From Callorhinchus milii (lineage: Eukaryota): 64,000 nucleotides of DNA. The notes below the pieces were generated by a model that saw nothing but the letters and a program-made list of their open reading frames with translations, did not search any database and had not been told where the DNA came from. The position numbers and the translations under genes were made by a program. The DNA lies in contig NW_024704742.1 of assembly GCF_018977255.1 (NCBI RefSeq), positions 49,230,001 through 49,294,000 on the forward strand. Reading direction: 5' to 3'. Shown here piece after piece: positions 13,101-28,100 of the stretch. Each line of letters opens with the position of its first letter. Positions within the stretch are counted from its first letter, which is position 1.

Positions 13101-16100
13101 GGATCCCTCAAACCTCAGCCACTGCTGCTCCATTTCTAACCTGCCCTTCCTCGCAAAAGTCCTAGAACACGTTGTTGCCAATCAACTTCGCACACACCTC
13201 TCCTCCCATTCCCTTTTCGAACCCCTCCAGTCCGGTTTCCGCACTGCCCACAGTACAGAGACTGCGCTTGTGGAAGTCACAAACGACATCCTCTCTATCT
13301 GTGACCAGGGTTCCCTCTGCCTCCTTGTCCTCCTGGACCTCACCACGGCGTTCGACAGTTGATCACGCCATCCTTCACCACCGCCTTTCCTCCGTCATCC
13401 ACCTCAGTGGGACCGCACTTGCCTGGTTCGAGTCCTACCTCACAAACCACCAGCAGTACATCTGCACAAATGGCTTCTCCTCCTTCTCTCACCTGGTCAC
13501 CTGCGGGGTACCCCAAGGATCCATCCTTGGCCCCCTCCTCTTTCTGATCTATATGCTCCCTCTTGGGGATGTCATCGCAGATATGGGCTACATTTCCACA
13601 TGTACACGGATGACACCCAACTCTATTTTTCCACCTCCCTTTGCGACTCCCAGTCCCCTGATGTTCTGTCAACCTGCCTGTCAGATCTCAGGGGCTGGAT
13701 GAGCGCAAATTTTCTTCAGCTGAATGTTGACAAGACGGAAGCCATACTCTTTGGCTCTCGTCAACATCTAAAATCTCACGGCTCTCACCTACTCCACCCA
13801 CCCGATCTCCCCCTAAAACTCTCCGAATCCGTATGCAATCTAGGCATCAGGTTTGACCCCCAATTATCCTTCCTCCTCCACATCCGGTCCCTCACTAGCG
13901 CCGCTTTCTTCCACCTCCGACGCATCGCCCGTCTCCGCCAATACCTCTCTCCGAAAGCTGCTGAAACCTTGTTCCATGCCTTTGTCACCTCTCGGCTGGA
14001 CTATTCTAACGCCCTCCTCGCCGGTCTCCCATCCACCACCATCCATAAAATCCAGATCATTCAACACTCTGCTACCCGCATTCTCACCCGCACCAAACTC
14101 AGCTCCCCAATCACCCCAGTCCTTGCCAGACTGCACCCGCTGCCTATCCCAGAGAGGATCGACTTCAAGATCCTTACCCTATTCAAATCCCTCCACTCCT
14201 CTGCACCCCCCCTACCTCTCTGACCTCCTCTCTCCTCAAAATAGTACCCGTTGCCTTCGTTCCTCTGGGCTGGCCTCCTCCTCGTCCCCCGAGTCCTCCG
14301 CTCCACCATCGGCGGCCGTGCCTTCAGCCACTATGCCCCGAGCTATGGAATTCCCTTCCTCACTCCCTTCGCCTCCCCCCCGCTCTTTCTATTTTCAAGT
14401 CTCGGCTGAAGATCTTTCTTTTCGACCGCACCTTTGGTCACCTTCCTCCCCCTCCCCCCGGCTCAGCCCTGGGATCCGTTACTGTGAAGTGCTCTGAGAC
14501 GCTGTCCGGCGTGGAGGGCGCTATATAAATCCAAGTTGTTGTTGTTGCTCTTCGGCTCTGGAATGCATTGCCTGAAAAGGTGGTGGAAGCCAATTCGATA
14601 ACAACTTTTAAGAGAGAAGTGGATAATTATTTGGGCAGGTCAGGTTTGCAGGGCTATGGGGAGAGAGTGGGGGAAATGGGATTGATTTGGATCAATCATA
14701 GATCCGGCACAGACACGATGGACCAAATAGCCTCCTTCTGTGCTGTATAATTCTATGAATCTATGATTTGTGAAAAAAGATTAAATCAACAACAACAACA
14801 AGATTCCATTTATAGAGCGCCTTTCACATTGGGAGGACGTCCCAAGGCGCTCTACAGTTGGGTCAGGACCCGAGCAGGGGGGAAATGGTCAGGGTGAGGG
14901 GAGGGAAGGGAGGGAGCGAGGAGGGGGTAGAGAATCAAGAGGGGAGCTGGAGGCACGGTCAAACGGCAGCAGAAAACAAATTGCAAACACCAGAGAAACA
15001 GTCAGCCTACTGTAACATGGAAGGAAACTAGGAGAAACGAACTGGTGGCTAAAGCTGGAATGGAATGCAGACAGTCATAGGTAGTCCACAACAGTACTTA
15101 CATAAATCTTTTTTATAAACGACAGCAGATGCAAGTGTGCATATACATGTGCTACAAATTGGTTGAACACATCTGTGGCATGAATCAATTTTTCTTTTCA
15201 AAGCTGAAATTCAGGCAAACAAACCAAATGTGTGAAATGGTATCTGCTCGTCTCAGTGAAACATGTACCGACAACTAAGAAGAACAGCTCAAGCTTTTTT
15301 TGTGGGAGGGAATGGGACTGTCCAGTCAGAAGAGATGACATCATTTTCATCAAAGACTAAAAGAAAACTAAAAAAATGTCATTTTGCTTCTTCATCATTC
15401 GCTGGACTAATAAGGGAGAAAGATCAAATCACCAAAGGTATCCTCATTTTTAGAATTAAGATTCCCTTCACACATCACAAGTATTGATCCAGACCTGCAA
15501 ATCCCACAGAAGGAAGTTGTCACTGCATGAGGGGCAGATGTGAAACTATAGCATGCTGGCTCTATTAAATAGAAACAAAAGAATATTTTCCTTTCTTCTT
15601 TCACACTGCTTTGTCTCAAAATATTTAACCAGCTGTTCTTAACCACTTTTTTTTTTACATTTGTACACTTTTTGAGACAAAGACTAGTTCAGCAAATGCC
15701 TTTCCAGGGCAAGTTATCTCCAGTCACTTATCCTGAATTACTTTCAACAGAGCAGAAATAAAATTTCATCCAAAATTCCTTTCTCAACCCAGATTAAAAT
15801 CCAGAATGAAAGATTATTTGAAGGAAAGGGATAAGATCGACCTTAATTTAAAGAAAAAGAATTAATATTTCTTCTTTTTCCATTTGTTAACATTTGAGAG
15901 ATAACAAGAAACATAGAAATCTATAGCGTAGAATGAGATCATTCAGTCAATCCAGTCTGTACCAACTCAGGATCGTAATAATTATATTATGGATTTGAAA
16001 GATTAATGAAAGGAATTTAGGAAGCAGATACTGTTTTTGAGTTCAACACTACCATATAATATAAATATAAAAAAGGAGGGGATTACAATCGGTTCTGTAG

Positions 16101-19100
16101 AAACTCATTTTTTCACCATGGTCTCTTTTGATCGGTTCCTAACCTGAAAGTCATCCATCCCTCATTCTGTGGTTATAACCCAGAGGGTCATTGATCTCTG
16201 TCACATCAGCCCACAAAATATACAGTCAATTCACGTCACAGTATATTTGAGACATTGCGAAGACATGATTAGGTTTTATATCAAATGCAAGGATTATTAT
16301 TATTAAAAAACTCATCAGCTGGCACGAGCAAGTCATTGCTCAGAGGATACTGGGTGTCCTACCACGTCACAGTACCACAAGTTAGCATTCCACATCGGTT
16401 AGATCTTTTTATACGATTGCTTAAAGCAAATTTAACCATCAGTGCAGCCCTTGTAAGTATGTTTTAATCTTTTTGAATAATGCCATTGGATTTATAATGT
16501 TAACGTTCACTTGAAATGGCAGATAGTAATAATACTAATCCTTGCATTTGATGCAGCATCTTATCTCGTCTTCGAGTCGTCTCAAGGCGCTTCACAGAAT
16601 ATACTGTAAAGTGAATTCACTGTATATTTGTGGGCGAAACTCAGCAGCCAATTGCGCACAGCAGTGTTCCACAAGCAGTCATGGATGGAGTGACCAATTT
16701 TTTTGAAGGAATTATTACCCCCAGAAAAGTGATCCGCCAATTGACTAACAACCGGGTTCCTACTTACTGCTAGGTAAACAGAGGCATGTGGAGTAAGGAA
16801 ACTTGCCCAACGTTTCTCCCTGCTGGGAATTGAACCCAGGTCTCTCGCTTATGAGGTGAGTGCTCTAACCACTGAGTTACAGGATGAGCTACAGCTGCAA
16901 GATGTTTTAATTTCTCATCCAAAGGACATCACTTCTGGCAATACAGGACACCCTAGCACCTCACCTAAAGTATGACCTTAAATTCCCGAGATTGAGCTTG
17001 AACCCACAATGTTCTGACTCAGGGGGTATCAGGCTACCAGCTAGGCTTGGTTGAGATCTATCAACTAAATACTTATTTTGAGTTACCCAAGGCTTCCTGT
17101 GTGAAATTGATGAACTTGTACTTTTGAAACTCATACCACTTTCAGATAACATTCCAAAAACGTGAATAGCCTGACCCGCTGTTTTCCTCACTGTGCCAGG
17201 GCTTGAAGGGAATCATCTCTGGAGACCATTCAAGGTTAGGCATCTCGAGCTCTGCAGCAAGCAGTTTCAGCATGTTCTTGGAATACCATTCTAATAGGGC
17301 CACAGAATGCTCATCTTTAAGCAATGAAATGCATCATAAACAGCATTTACGGTCCGTAGTTCAGCAGCAACAGCACTTTGTTCCCATTCCCCCAAAGTTC
17401 ACAACTTAAACATCTCTGTCATGCTGCAGAAGTTTTTTTTTAAAAAAGAAAATTGCACAATGAAGGATATTGATTCTCTCTCGCTAATGCTTAATCTTCA
17501 ATTCCTTTGTAAGAAAAACTTAATCTGACTTTCCTTCATCCCTCACCTAACTGGTTGATTACATTTTATAGCCTTGGCCTCGTCTATCCAGAGCAGAGCT
17601 ATTTTGAACAATACCAGAAAGTTAAATAAATTGTTCATCTTCAGTTTGTTATACGCCACTGGGTTTCCTACACAGATTAAACCTCCTGCACCCATTTGTT
17701 TCTCAGATCCCCACAGTGTCAATGGAGCGTCCATTCATCAATGACAAAGTAATGGTTGCTGCAAATCAATACCCATTGCAATACTATTACTGTAAATCCA
17801 CTAGCGATTTTTTAAAATCTAAGGCAACTTTGGAGGTTATTGCTTAGCTACCTAACAAAATGATTTCCTTGAGCCTTTTGAAACAATGGAATCTAATATA
17901 TGACAATTTACAAAAGGATTTATAAGTACACATTCCTGTAGCTACCAATCCGAATACTCCCAACCCCAATTTGTTGGAATTCTGTTCAGACATCATTTTA
18001 TTTCTGACTCCGTGAAGTTGGATTGCAGTGACTAGGCTTTCAAACAGGTGACCAGCGTTTATCCAAGTGGGTTGTCATGAGAGAGATTGGGTTTGTGCAG
18101 GATTTTATATTGATGAATTGTGACGTATTAGACCCCATTATTTGTAAAATAAAATGCAGACGTCCGCCGTACAGCTTGGACATATAGTGTGGCAAAATAA
18201 TCGCTAAATATACTTATGTTGCTTTTCCATTTCACTTCAGATTGGCAAAGGATCTTGCTAACCAGACCAAATCACAGATTTGTCAGGTAATTAATAACCC
18301 TTGCATGTGATACTCTTAAATTACTTCACAGGATTTACTGCAAAGTTTACTGCAATGGTATTTGTAGACAAATGTGGCAGCCAATTTGCACACAGCATTG
18401 CAAATGATAAAGAGTAAAAAACAATAGCATGTTCCACTGCACAGTACACAGGAAGAAGTCAAATATGGTCAAGTCAACGTGATCTTACAGACGCAATGTG
18501 ATGTTAACCTACAAACATCCATGAAATGAACAAATGACTGGAATAATTTAAAATCAAGCATCACCCACAAAATATACAGTCAATTCACTTTACAGTATAT
18601 TCTGCAAAGCACTTTGAGATGTCTTGAAGACATCATAAGGTGCTATATCAAATGCAAGGATTATTATTATTATCTATGTCTGAATTTTTCACAATGCAAC
18701 CAGATCAAACTACCCTCAAGTGTGAATGTTTCATGCTCCATCATAGCAATATTCAAGAAGAGCTCAGCATACTTGAGCTCAGAAAAGGTATTTTTCCAAC
18801 TTTCCAATGTATAAGCATTTTAAATTAAAAATTTCTGCTCCTACTACAGATTTCATACAGGACACAGTAAATTAATTCTTGAGATTTTTAACCTATAGAA
18901 ATCTTAATATGCTATAGATAATGAGAATTATTGGAAAACTGCATTTGTGCCACTGTGATCATTTCCCTAAACACGTGTTTAAGGCAACGAGAAAAATGCG
19001 CAATTTTCTTTTCACAATCAGACCTTAGCAGATACAGCCTTGGAATGTGCAGAAGAAGTGACCTCCTGAAACATAGCTCGAGGAGGAAAGGTTGCTAACG

Positions 19101-22100
19101 GGGAATGCAGTACCATCAGCGCAAATCATCATCTTGAGGCAATTCTAATGGAAAAGTAAGATTACCTTGTTGAGTGTTCTTGCTACAAATTCATTTACCA
19201 GCAGATCGAGACACATAATAGTACAAAAGCATTGAGTAAACAATGAAATGAGACAACCTGCCTGAACAAATTATTAATGCTATGACATTAGGAGACATCC
19301 CCCAAATAGCTCCCGCACTGCGTAAAGGCAGGTCACGCATGGCTCCCTGTTCCCTGTGCTGTGTACAAGCAGAACTCACTTATAGCTCTTCAGTTTTGTT
19401 TTTTTATCATTACTGATTTCACAGCTTATTCCACCAGCTCTCTGGGGAGGCTTTTGGAGATGTATAGGGGGAACCTAATGCTTAGAGGATGCTTCAAGTC
19501 AAAGTAGTAGATAATCTTTCTTCATTCTCAGCATAGCCTACACACCATTAGAGACTGACTAATTGGGACTAGGAAGAGGAGAAAGGCCTGTGTAGTGCAC
19601 TCCAGCCATTGTGGAGTCACCAACCAAACTACCCCGATTTATAACAACTTTTCTTATATATAGCACACTTTATACAGGGTAGTGCACTGTAACATTGATT
19701 CTGTGACTGTGGATGACCACACTGATTTACATCAGCATGTAAATAAAGAAAAGAAGGGGACCAAGGATGGAGTACGTTGCAGATGGCAAGGGCGGGAGGA
19801 AAAGCTGTTTGCAGAGAGATTTACAGTTGCCAAGTCCAGTCTTTTGTAATGTATGAGGATTGCTGCAAACAGAAGCCCAGGGTATTTTATCAATACTTGA
19901 TTTAATGCTGCGCAGTAAGTAGCACTCAAACAGTCTACCGCCTGCCAAATGGGAATCCTGAAATAAATATTCTACAAGCCATTTCCAAACATCAATTAAA
20001 ATCAGTCTAATCCATATATTTAAGGCAAACAAACAATTATACACACACACACAACGCAAAGCAATGTTCAAAATTCACAGATGAACTTGGTACTAATCAC
20101 ATAGAAAGCCCCAAATTATTTTACACAAGAATATTGGGACCTAAAAAAGTACCTGAAGCAGAATTTTTTTTAAAAAAATGGGAATTGAACAAATATTTGA
20201 AAAATCGAAATATTAAGGGGTATAAGAAAAGTGTAGCTCTTTTGGAAAACTGTAAATTCTATGATTTGACAATAAAAACACCTCCTCTCTAACTTAGACG
20301 TATGCAAAGGAAGATAAATAAAGGAATGATGGTTTCATGGTACATGGAAATATGAAAATGGTTTATTATAATATATAATAATAATCCTTGCATTTGATAT
20401 AGCGCTTTCGTCTTCTAGACATCTCAAAGCGCTTCACAGAATATGCTGTAAAGTGAATTGACTGTATATTTTGTGGGCGAAACAGGGCAGCCAATTGTGC
20501 ACAGCATTTTCCCACAAACAGTCGTGGATTGAAAATGACCAATTTATTATTGTTTTTGTTTTTATTATTATTAGTGTGTGGAGTAAGGAAACTTGCCCAA
20601 GGTTTCGCCCTGCCTGGAATTGAACCCAGGTGTCTCGCTTGCAAAGCGAGTGCTCTAACCACTGCGCTACAGGACTCCACAGGACTTAGGTAACTGCGTG
20701 ATGATCGCTCAAGTCCTGTGCTAGTTCAAGTAAAGAAAATGCAGGACCAGTCAGTGCTGGTGATGTTGATTTCTTAACCGTTCTTCCTCCAGTATTTTTT
20801 GTGATGTGCTCTGTCTGTTCACTGGACAATGGGTAGAAAACCCTAAATATATTGGGCAAGTTGTTAGATTGTGCCTCCAAACACACCAGCCCCCACGTCC
20901 ACACACAAAAATGGGGGAATATTTGACAATGTTTTAGGATGGTTTTCTGCAACATTTCAGTACCTCTCATTTCTGGCTGAGGGCTCTCCCGCCAATGGTG
21001 GGGCGGGTGGGTCGGGGAACGTGGAGCAGGCCAGAGCCGGCTGAGCGGAGGGAACGGACGGGTTGGTAGAGGGTTAGGAGTTTGCAGAGGTAGGGTGGGG
21101 CGAGGCCATGGAGGGCTTTGCATGTGAGGACCAGGATCTTGAACTGGATTCTCTAAAGGATAGGGAGCCAATGGAGTCGGGTGAGAGTGGTGGTCATGGG
21201 GTCATGGAGTTTGGTGCGGGAGGAGACACGGGCTGCAGAGTTCTGGATTATCTGCAGCCTGTGGAGGAGTTCGTAAGGCCGACAAGCAGGGCGTTTGCAT
21301 AGTCGAGCCTGGAGGTGATGAAGGCATGAACAAGAGTTTCAGTGGCCTGAGGGGTGAGGTAGTGGCAGAGTCGGGCGATGTTACGGAGGTGAGGGAAGGC
21401 AGAGCAGGTCATGGCTTGGATGTGGGGGAGAAAAGACAGTTGAGGGTCAAACAATCAGGAGGGCCTCAGTCTTGTTCACATTCAACTGTAGGAAATTTGC
21501 CCTCATCCAGGACTTGATGTCCGACAGAGTCTGTCAGGGCAGCAGTGGTCCTGGAGTTGAGGGTGGAGGCAGAAAGATAGAGTTGGGTGTCATCCGCATA
21601 CATGTGGAAGGTGACCCCATGTCTGCGGATGATGTCACCAAGGGGAGCATATAGATATTAAAGAGGAGAGGGCCAAGGACAGAGCCCTGGGGGATGCCAG
21701 ATGTCACAGTGCGGGGGCTGGAGGAGAAACCGTTAGGGGCAACAAAGTGGAGACGTTTCAAAGACGTGATAAGGTGCTATATCAAATGCAAGGATTATTA
21801 TTTTTACCTCATTTGGATATTGTTAAATGAAGTTAGTGAAGAATGCTTTATCTTTATTATGTTTAACCCGGTTCCAGAAACGCACTGAAGAGTAATGATT
21901 GAGTTTTATGTACCACAAAGCTATCAAGGCTGGTTTCCCAGGTGCCTCACAACACCCACAACTTCATGGTGTTAAAAAAGCTCATCTTAAAATTTGTGAT
22001 AATTCGTAAAAAGGATCAATTGTAAACAAGACAGGAAAAGTCTTCCTGCAACTTATTTTAAAAACTAGGATTTGATAATAACTTTACACTTTCTGAAAAT

Positions 22101-25100
22101 AACATCACACATCCTAGCAGACGGATCTTAGTAAAACTCATCCATCTCAACAGAAAATATTTTATTTCCAATGCTGCCATTCCACATGAGTGTTACAACT
22201 TTTAAATACAGTAATTCAAGAATATTGGTAAATGTTACCTTGTAAATTCCAGGACGTTGAGCAGTTCATATTTTTCTTCATGCTGAAGCTGTATGGAGGA
22301 AAAGACCTCATTAAAATCACCAAACAGAACCCATTCATCTGTGCTTTGTAGTTACTTTCCCCTTGATAAATCTCATGACCTTTAAAGAGAAGTTGTACAG
22401 ATATTGACCTAGCCACTCAAAACAAATTATGCCAATTTAAATCTTATAAATCTCGACTCTGCAATCTGAAAAAGTGTCAGAAGTTTTGGTTCAGAATTCG
22501 ATGCATTTCACTGGATGTGGCAGGGATCAAATCTGATTTCTTTTTTAGAAGTAGATCCAATTGCATTCAAACTGCTTCATTATTAGTAACATTTTCAATG
22601 TGGATGGTGCTGGGTCAATTTACTTTCAAAGAAGCATCTGTTTGAAAAGTCTATTGGAGGATATAGAGATGGTCAGAAATGTGCACACATCAGGGAAAAG
22701 GGAATATGAGAGAGGTACATGAGGGGATTGGAAAGTGGTACTAGAGGGAGCAGGAAAGTAGTGAATGAGAGGCGCATCGGAGGTGTATAAGGGAGGTGGC
22801 GGTTCATGTGGAGTTTCAACACCACTGCAACTAGTTGGGCTGAATAACCTGCTACCATTCTTGTCATGTTGTATGTAATTCTATGTAATATTGCATAGGA
22901 CACAGTGATTTCTGTGTTGCTGGGCTCAAGGTCAGGAGAATGTTGACTAAGAAGGGAGAGAGGCCAGGTTTGATTATTTGGAAATGGGGATAAACCGATG
23001 AATATTTGGGGAAGGGGTGGGGTTGAAGAGATTTTGATTACCTTTGGGAATCGGGAATATCAGCATTTCCCTTGAGATAGACAGGTTGGTAAACTGAAGT
23101 TTATCTAATTGTGGAGGACCAGGCTTGATGGGCCTAAGGTCTTTCTTAATGTTTTAGTGACTCACGTAAGCAAAGAAGAGGTGGGAGGTCATGATTTAAG
23201 TCTATAAAATAATGAGGGATAGAAAGCGAGATAGACTATTTAGACAATCCAAGAACCAATGAAGCCGTAGGCTTAAATCAAAAGAAAATACATCAGCTTC
23301 AAGGGAAGATTTGGATTCTAAACTCTTAAGTTAGAAAGGTACTTACACATTCTATAAAGACTGAATCTGGTGTTCGGCCACTGAAGACAAAGCCCAATTC
23401 CTTTGCTGCATTTACCAATGCTCCTTCATCTGTAAGGTAACATTCCCATTAAGTATCAGGATTTCTTCAATTGATAAAACATAAAATCTTACAGAAACTA
23501 TTATAATAGTGCAAATCAACAGTTTCAGTGCACTGCAAATCTGTCAAATTATGACTTGGTATTCGCTTACAAGATACAGTCAGTGCATTTTACGGTAAAT
23601 CCTGTGAAGAACTTTGAGACTTCCTCCCGGCATGAGACACACTATCAATTGCAAGGATTATTATAATAATTATTATAATTGTCAGTGTTTCAAATTGTGT
23701 AAGTGCCAAATATAAGTTACAAATATTGGATTACAAAATATAGTAAGATGTTACAGAAATAAACCAAATCTGCCCATTATACTGTCAAATATCCAGATTT
23801 TAATATTAAAGAAATGATAGGTAAGAGTCTTAATTTGCAAGTGTCGTGGTGTTGCTTTGGTAGTAGAAAGGTTGCAACCCAAATAAGTAAAGTTTACTAT
23901 AAGTAGTAAAAGTAGTTTTGACTATAAGTAGTAAAGTCCAGGAGGAAGTTCTAAAGTGGATAACAAATTGGGTAAACAATGAAGAACAAAGGGTGGTGAT
24001 CAACAAATAGGCAATCCAAATGGCAGGTGTGATCAGACCAGTGGCCCTATGTAACTGTTTACATGATTAACAAAATGATCTCAAAGGTATTGAAAGCAGC
24101 AACTAACTACTTTTCCAGATAATGCGCACTGCCGAAAGCAGGACATTAAAAAAAGGGATAAAAGTCTTGTTGAGTTCTCTTGACTTTATCTCACAAATGG
24201 CAATTAACATTACAATTCTTAAGGTAATGGATGTTAATATTAAAAGTAGGAAACAAACAAAGAAATAAATAAAAGGAAGAGACACTTTTAAGTAGGAGAA
24301 CAGATGAATGGTTGACAGGATTTGAACAACAACAAGATTACATTTGTATAGTGTCTTTCACGTCAGGAGGACGTCCCAAGGCGCTGGACAGAGTACAGCA
24401 TTTCAGACCCGAGTTGGGTTTGGGGAGGTAAGGGGGGTGGCCGATGCCATGGTCGAAGAGGAGGGTCTTGAGGCGAGACTTGAAGGAGGGGACGAGGCGG
24501 AGTGACTGGGGAATGGAATAACAGAGGTTGGGGGCAGAGTGGCTGAAGGCTCTCCCGCCAATGGTGGGGCGGGTGGGTCGGACGTGGAGCAGGACAGAGC
24601 CGGCTGAGTGGAGGGAACTGGTGGGTTGGTAGGGGGTTAGGAGTTCGCAGAGGTAGGGTGGGGAAAGGCCATGGAGGACATTGTATGTGAGGACCAGGAT
24701 CTTGAACTGGATCCTCTGAAGGATAGGGAGCCAATGGAGTCGGGAGAGAATGGGGGAGATGGGGTCACGGAATTTGGTGCGGGAGAGGACACGGGCTGCA
24801 GAGTTCTGGATTATCTGCAGCCTGTGGAGGGAGGAGTTGGGAAGGACGACAAGCAGGGGGTTTGCAGAGTGGAGCCTGGAGGTGATGAAGGCATGGACAA
24901 GTTTCAGTGACCTGAGGGGTGAGGTAGTGGCAGAGTCGGGTGATGTTATGGAGGTGAGGGAAGGCAGAGCGGGTCATGGCTTGAATGTGGGGGAGAAAAG
25001 ACAGTTGAGGGTCGAACAAGACACCCAGGTTCCTGACTGGCTTGGTGAGTACTGTACTTCATTACCACACAATAGAGCAGAGCAGTAAAGGAAATAAAAC

Positions 25101-28100
25101 ACTGAGTTGTGTAAAGCATGTCAAAGAAAACAAATACAAGGAATGGACACTGGAAGGTACAACAGCAAAGTGCTGTCAACTATATGCTTTTCAATTAAAG
25201 ACTTTTTTTTAACATACATCCTTGCACAGCAAATATTCAGAACATCAAGGGCAGAAGAATTGCAAGAAGTGTCACTACAGCAAGCGGATCACGGAACTCA
25301 ACATTACTGGAGAATCATCATCAGTTACATGTTGAATCCCTTTGAGATGTTCATAATTTATGAAATGTGCTATTTAAGTGCAAGTTGTTGGATTTTGTTT
25401 TGCATGATTTGTGGATCTAATATTCTTTCCTATGACAACAAAATAATAATCGTCCAAAAATACAGTCATTACATTGCACAGTAAATCCTGTGAAGCGCTT
25501 TGAGACTTCTCAACGACAGGATAATGCACTGTATCAAAATGCAAGATTGATATAGTGCTTTTCCACTGGAAATTACCATCAATAAATTTTCCTGTGAAGC
25601 ACTTTGTCTTCCCAATGTAAAAGGCTCTGCTCTCTTTTGTGGTAATATGGTCTTCCCAATGTGAAACACTGATTGTCCAGCGCCTTGGGACGTCCTCCCG
25701 CTAAACAAATGTAATTTTGTTGTTGTAGTATATCAGATGCAGGAATTATTTTTTTCATATTGGGTGGACATTTCAAAGTGCTTCATAGGATTTAAACTGC
25801 AAAGTGTAATGACTGTATTTTGTAGGGAAACAAAATAGCATATTTTCCAAATCCCAAGTCCTTTTGGGGGGAATTTTACAGAAAATGTAAATAGCTGAGT
25901 TTAAGAATTCCAAAACAAATTTTTATTGTGAAATTCAACATGGCATAAACTTGTCTTAATTTATTACTTTAATTTGGAGAAAATTTGTGTTAAATGTATG
26001 AACACTGAAAAACTAGCCGTCCAGTAGAGGGAACTCTTCGAGGGACAGAATCGTACATCTCGAGGTAGGGAATGAAAGAGCAGAAAGACTGCTCAGGGAA
26101 ATGTTTAGCACAAGTAACCCAAACGTCCCTTCCACCACGCTCTCCCCAAAAACACAGATGTAATTTGAAACCATCCAAGCAGAGTTTAAGAAATTTACCA
26201 GTGACAAATGGGAATACATTAATCTCATCAAAATGACCAGGCTGGGAGCAGGTAAGAAAATAACGCATCATACAAATAAAATCACAAACCAGCAAATCAA
26301 CTGAAAAATGGAAATCTGAAAGATGAAGGACTTTGTTCAAATTGGAAAACAATGTGATCCTGTTTTATACAAGACATGCCATCAAGAGAGCTTGCAAGCA
26401 TTGTTAATAAAGCAATGTTGGTCAGATAAACAAGGCCACAATACTGGCTAACCCAAAAGGTTATGAACTGTGTGGGACAATTCGATCAGTCTCCACAAAA
26501 ACACTGCAGAGCTGAAAATGGAGTTGAAATTTCATATTCCAAGCTAAAATGTGCACATGTTCCTTATTATACAACATGAGCAACACTGCATGAAGGTAGT
26601 CATTTCTCTCCCAATCCTCGTTTACTATGGAAGCTATTCAAACAGTATGTCACTTGATAAAATTAATCTACCATATGTAAGGTTCTACCACTTAATCTCT
26701 TTCCTTATGTAAAACAAACTACCCAGATGTAGCTTTCTTTGTGGTCCCTCATTTATATTTACCGGTTCTGATTTTGGTTGCTAAAGTGTTTTAGTTGAGG
26801 TGATTTTTGAAACAAAGCCAAAACATCTGGCAATTTGGCAACTTAATTTATAAAAATATACAATCGCAAGCACATTTGTACACAATAAAACCTAACTCAC
26901 AGGACCAGGATCTAGGCTCATTGTGTGTTAGCCTAGTTTAGTTGATAGCACTCTTGTTCTGAGTCAGAAGATTATGGGTTTCAAGCCCACGTTGGGACTC
27001 TGAATTCATAGTCTAGGCGTATTACTGGGGGATCATTGCATTGTTTCAGTTGCTAATATTTTGGTGAGACGTTAAACTGAAGTTTTGTCAGGTGGACGTT
27101 AAAGATCCCACATGGCAGTATTCAAAAAGTGTCCTGACCAAAAATTCCTCAGATAAAACTGATCATTCACTTCATGGCTGCTTGTGAGGCACTGCTATGT
27201 GCAAATTAGCTTTCATAGTCATCTACAAACACACAGTCACTACAATTTACAGTAAATCCTGTGAAGTGGTTTGAGATGTTTTGATAATGTGATAAAGCAC
27301 AATATCAAATGCAAGGATTATCATCATCAATGACTGACCGGAGAAACCATCTTTTCTTTGTTGTCCTCTGCAGAGATTATTGGGCTTTATTACTGAAACT
27401 CTCTTCCAGATTTTAAATCACCTATCTGAGCATCAGAATTTAAATTGATGTATTACATCTGAAACGTTTCAGTTTTACTAAAAAAGAAAAAGAAAACAAA
27501 TGCTAACCTACAACATAGTGGAGCGATAATTATATTTGCATTTGATATAGCACCTTATCACTTTGTACGTACAATGAAGTTGGTCACACTCATAGCTGCT
27601 CACCGTCTAGTTTGCAAACTCAGCCAAATTGCAGTAAGGTATTGCTAATGGAGACCAAAAACAACAACTTGCTTTTGTTGAGCGCCCTTCAGGCTGGGTA
27701 GTGTCCCGGATTGCTTGACAGTGGTGGAGTCTGACAGAGAGCCAAGGGGAGAAGTGGGGAGGTGATCGTAAGCACCATCAAAAAGGATGGTCTTTAGACA
27801 GGATTTGAAGTGGGGAGGGAGGGGGCAAGGCAGAGGGATTGAGAGAGAGAGTTCCAGAGTTTTGAGGTGTCGTGGCGGAAGGCACGGCCACGGTGGAACG
27901 GAGGGGACGAGGAGACCAGGCAAAGGGAGGGAAAGCCCCAAATGATATCCAGGCACCAGTATGTACATTCATTGTCCAGAGGAGCCGAGGCAAAGCCCTT
28001 TCGTTAGGTCTCCCACCCATGCCAACCATCCACTGCTCCCGGGCAAGAAAGGTCACAGGGGTTATCCTGCTCCCTTTGCTAAATAAAACAAAACCATTGA

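Noticed and set aside
13172..14497. Reverse-transcriptase-like ORFs as a functional gene or novel RT system
   Set aside because: Frameshifted, 5'-truncated L2 LINE with the catalytic motif altered (YTDD); many similar dead copies occur in the window.
17142..17409. Overlapping short ORFs in non-repetitive intron sequence
   Set aside because: No recognisable homology or splice context; length is within chance expectation.
19022..19155. Plus-strand exon-like segment (ttcacaatcag ... gtaaga)
   Set aside because: Stops in all three frames and no partner exons found; a non-coding exon cannot be supported from sequence alone.
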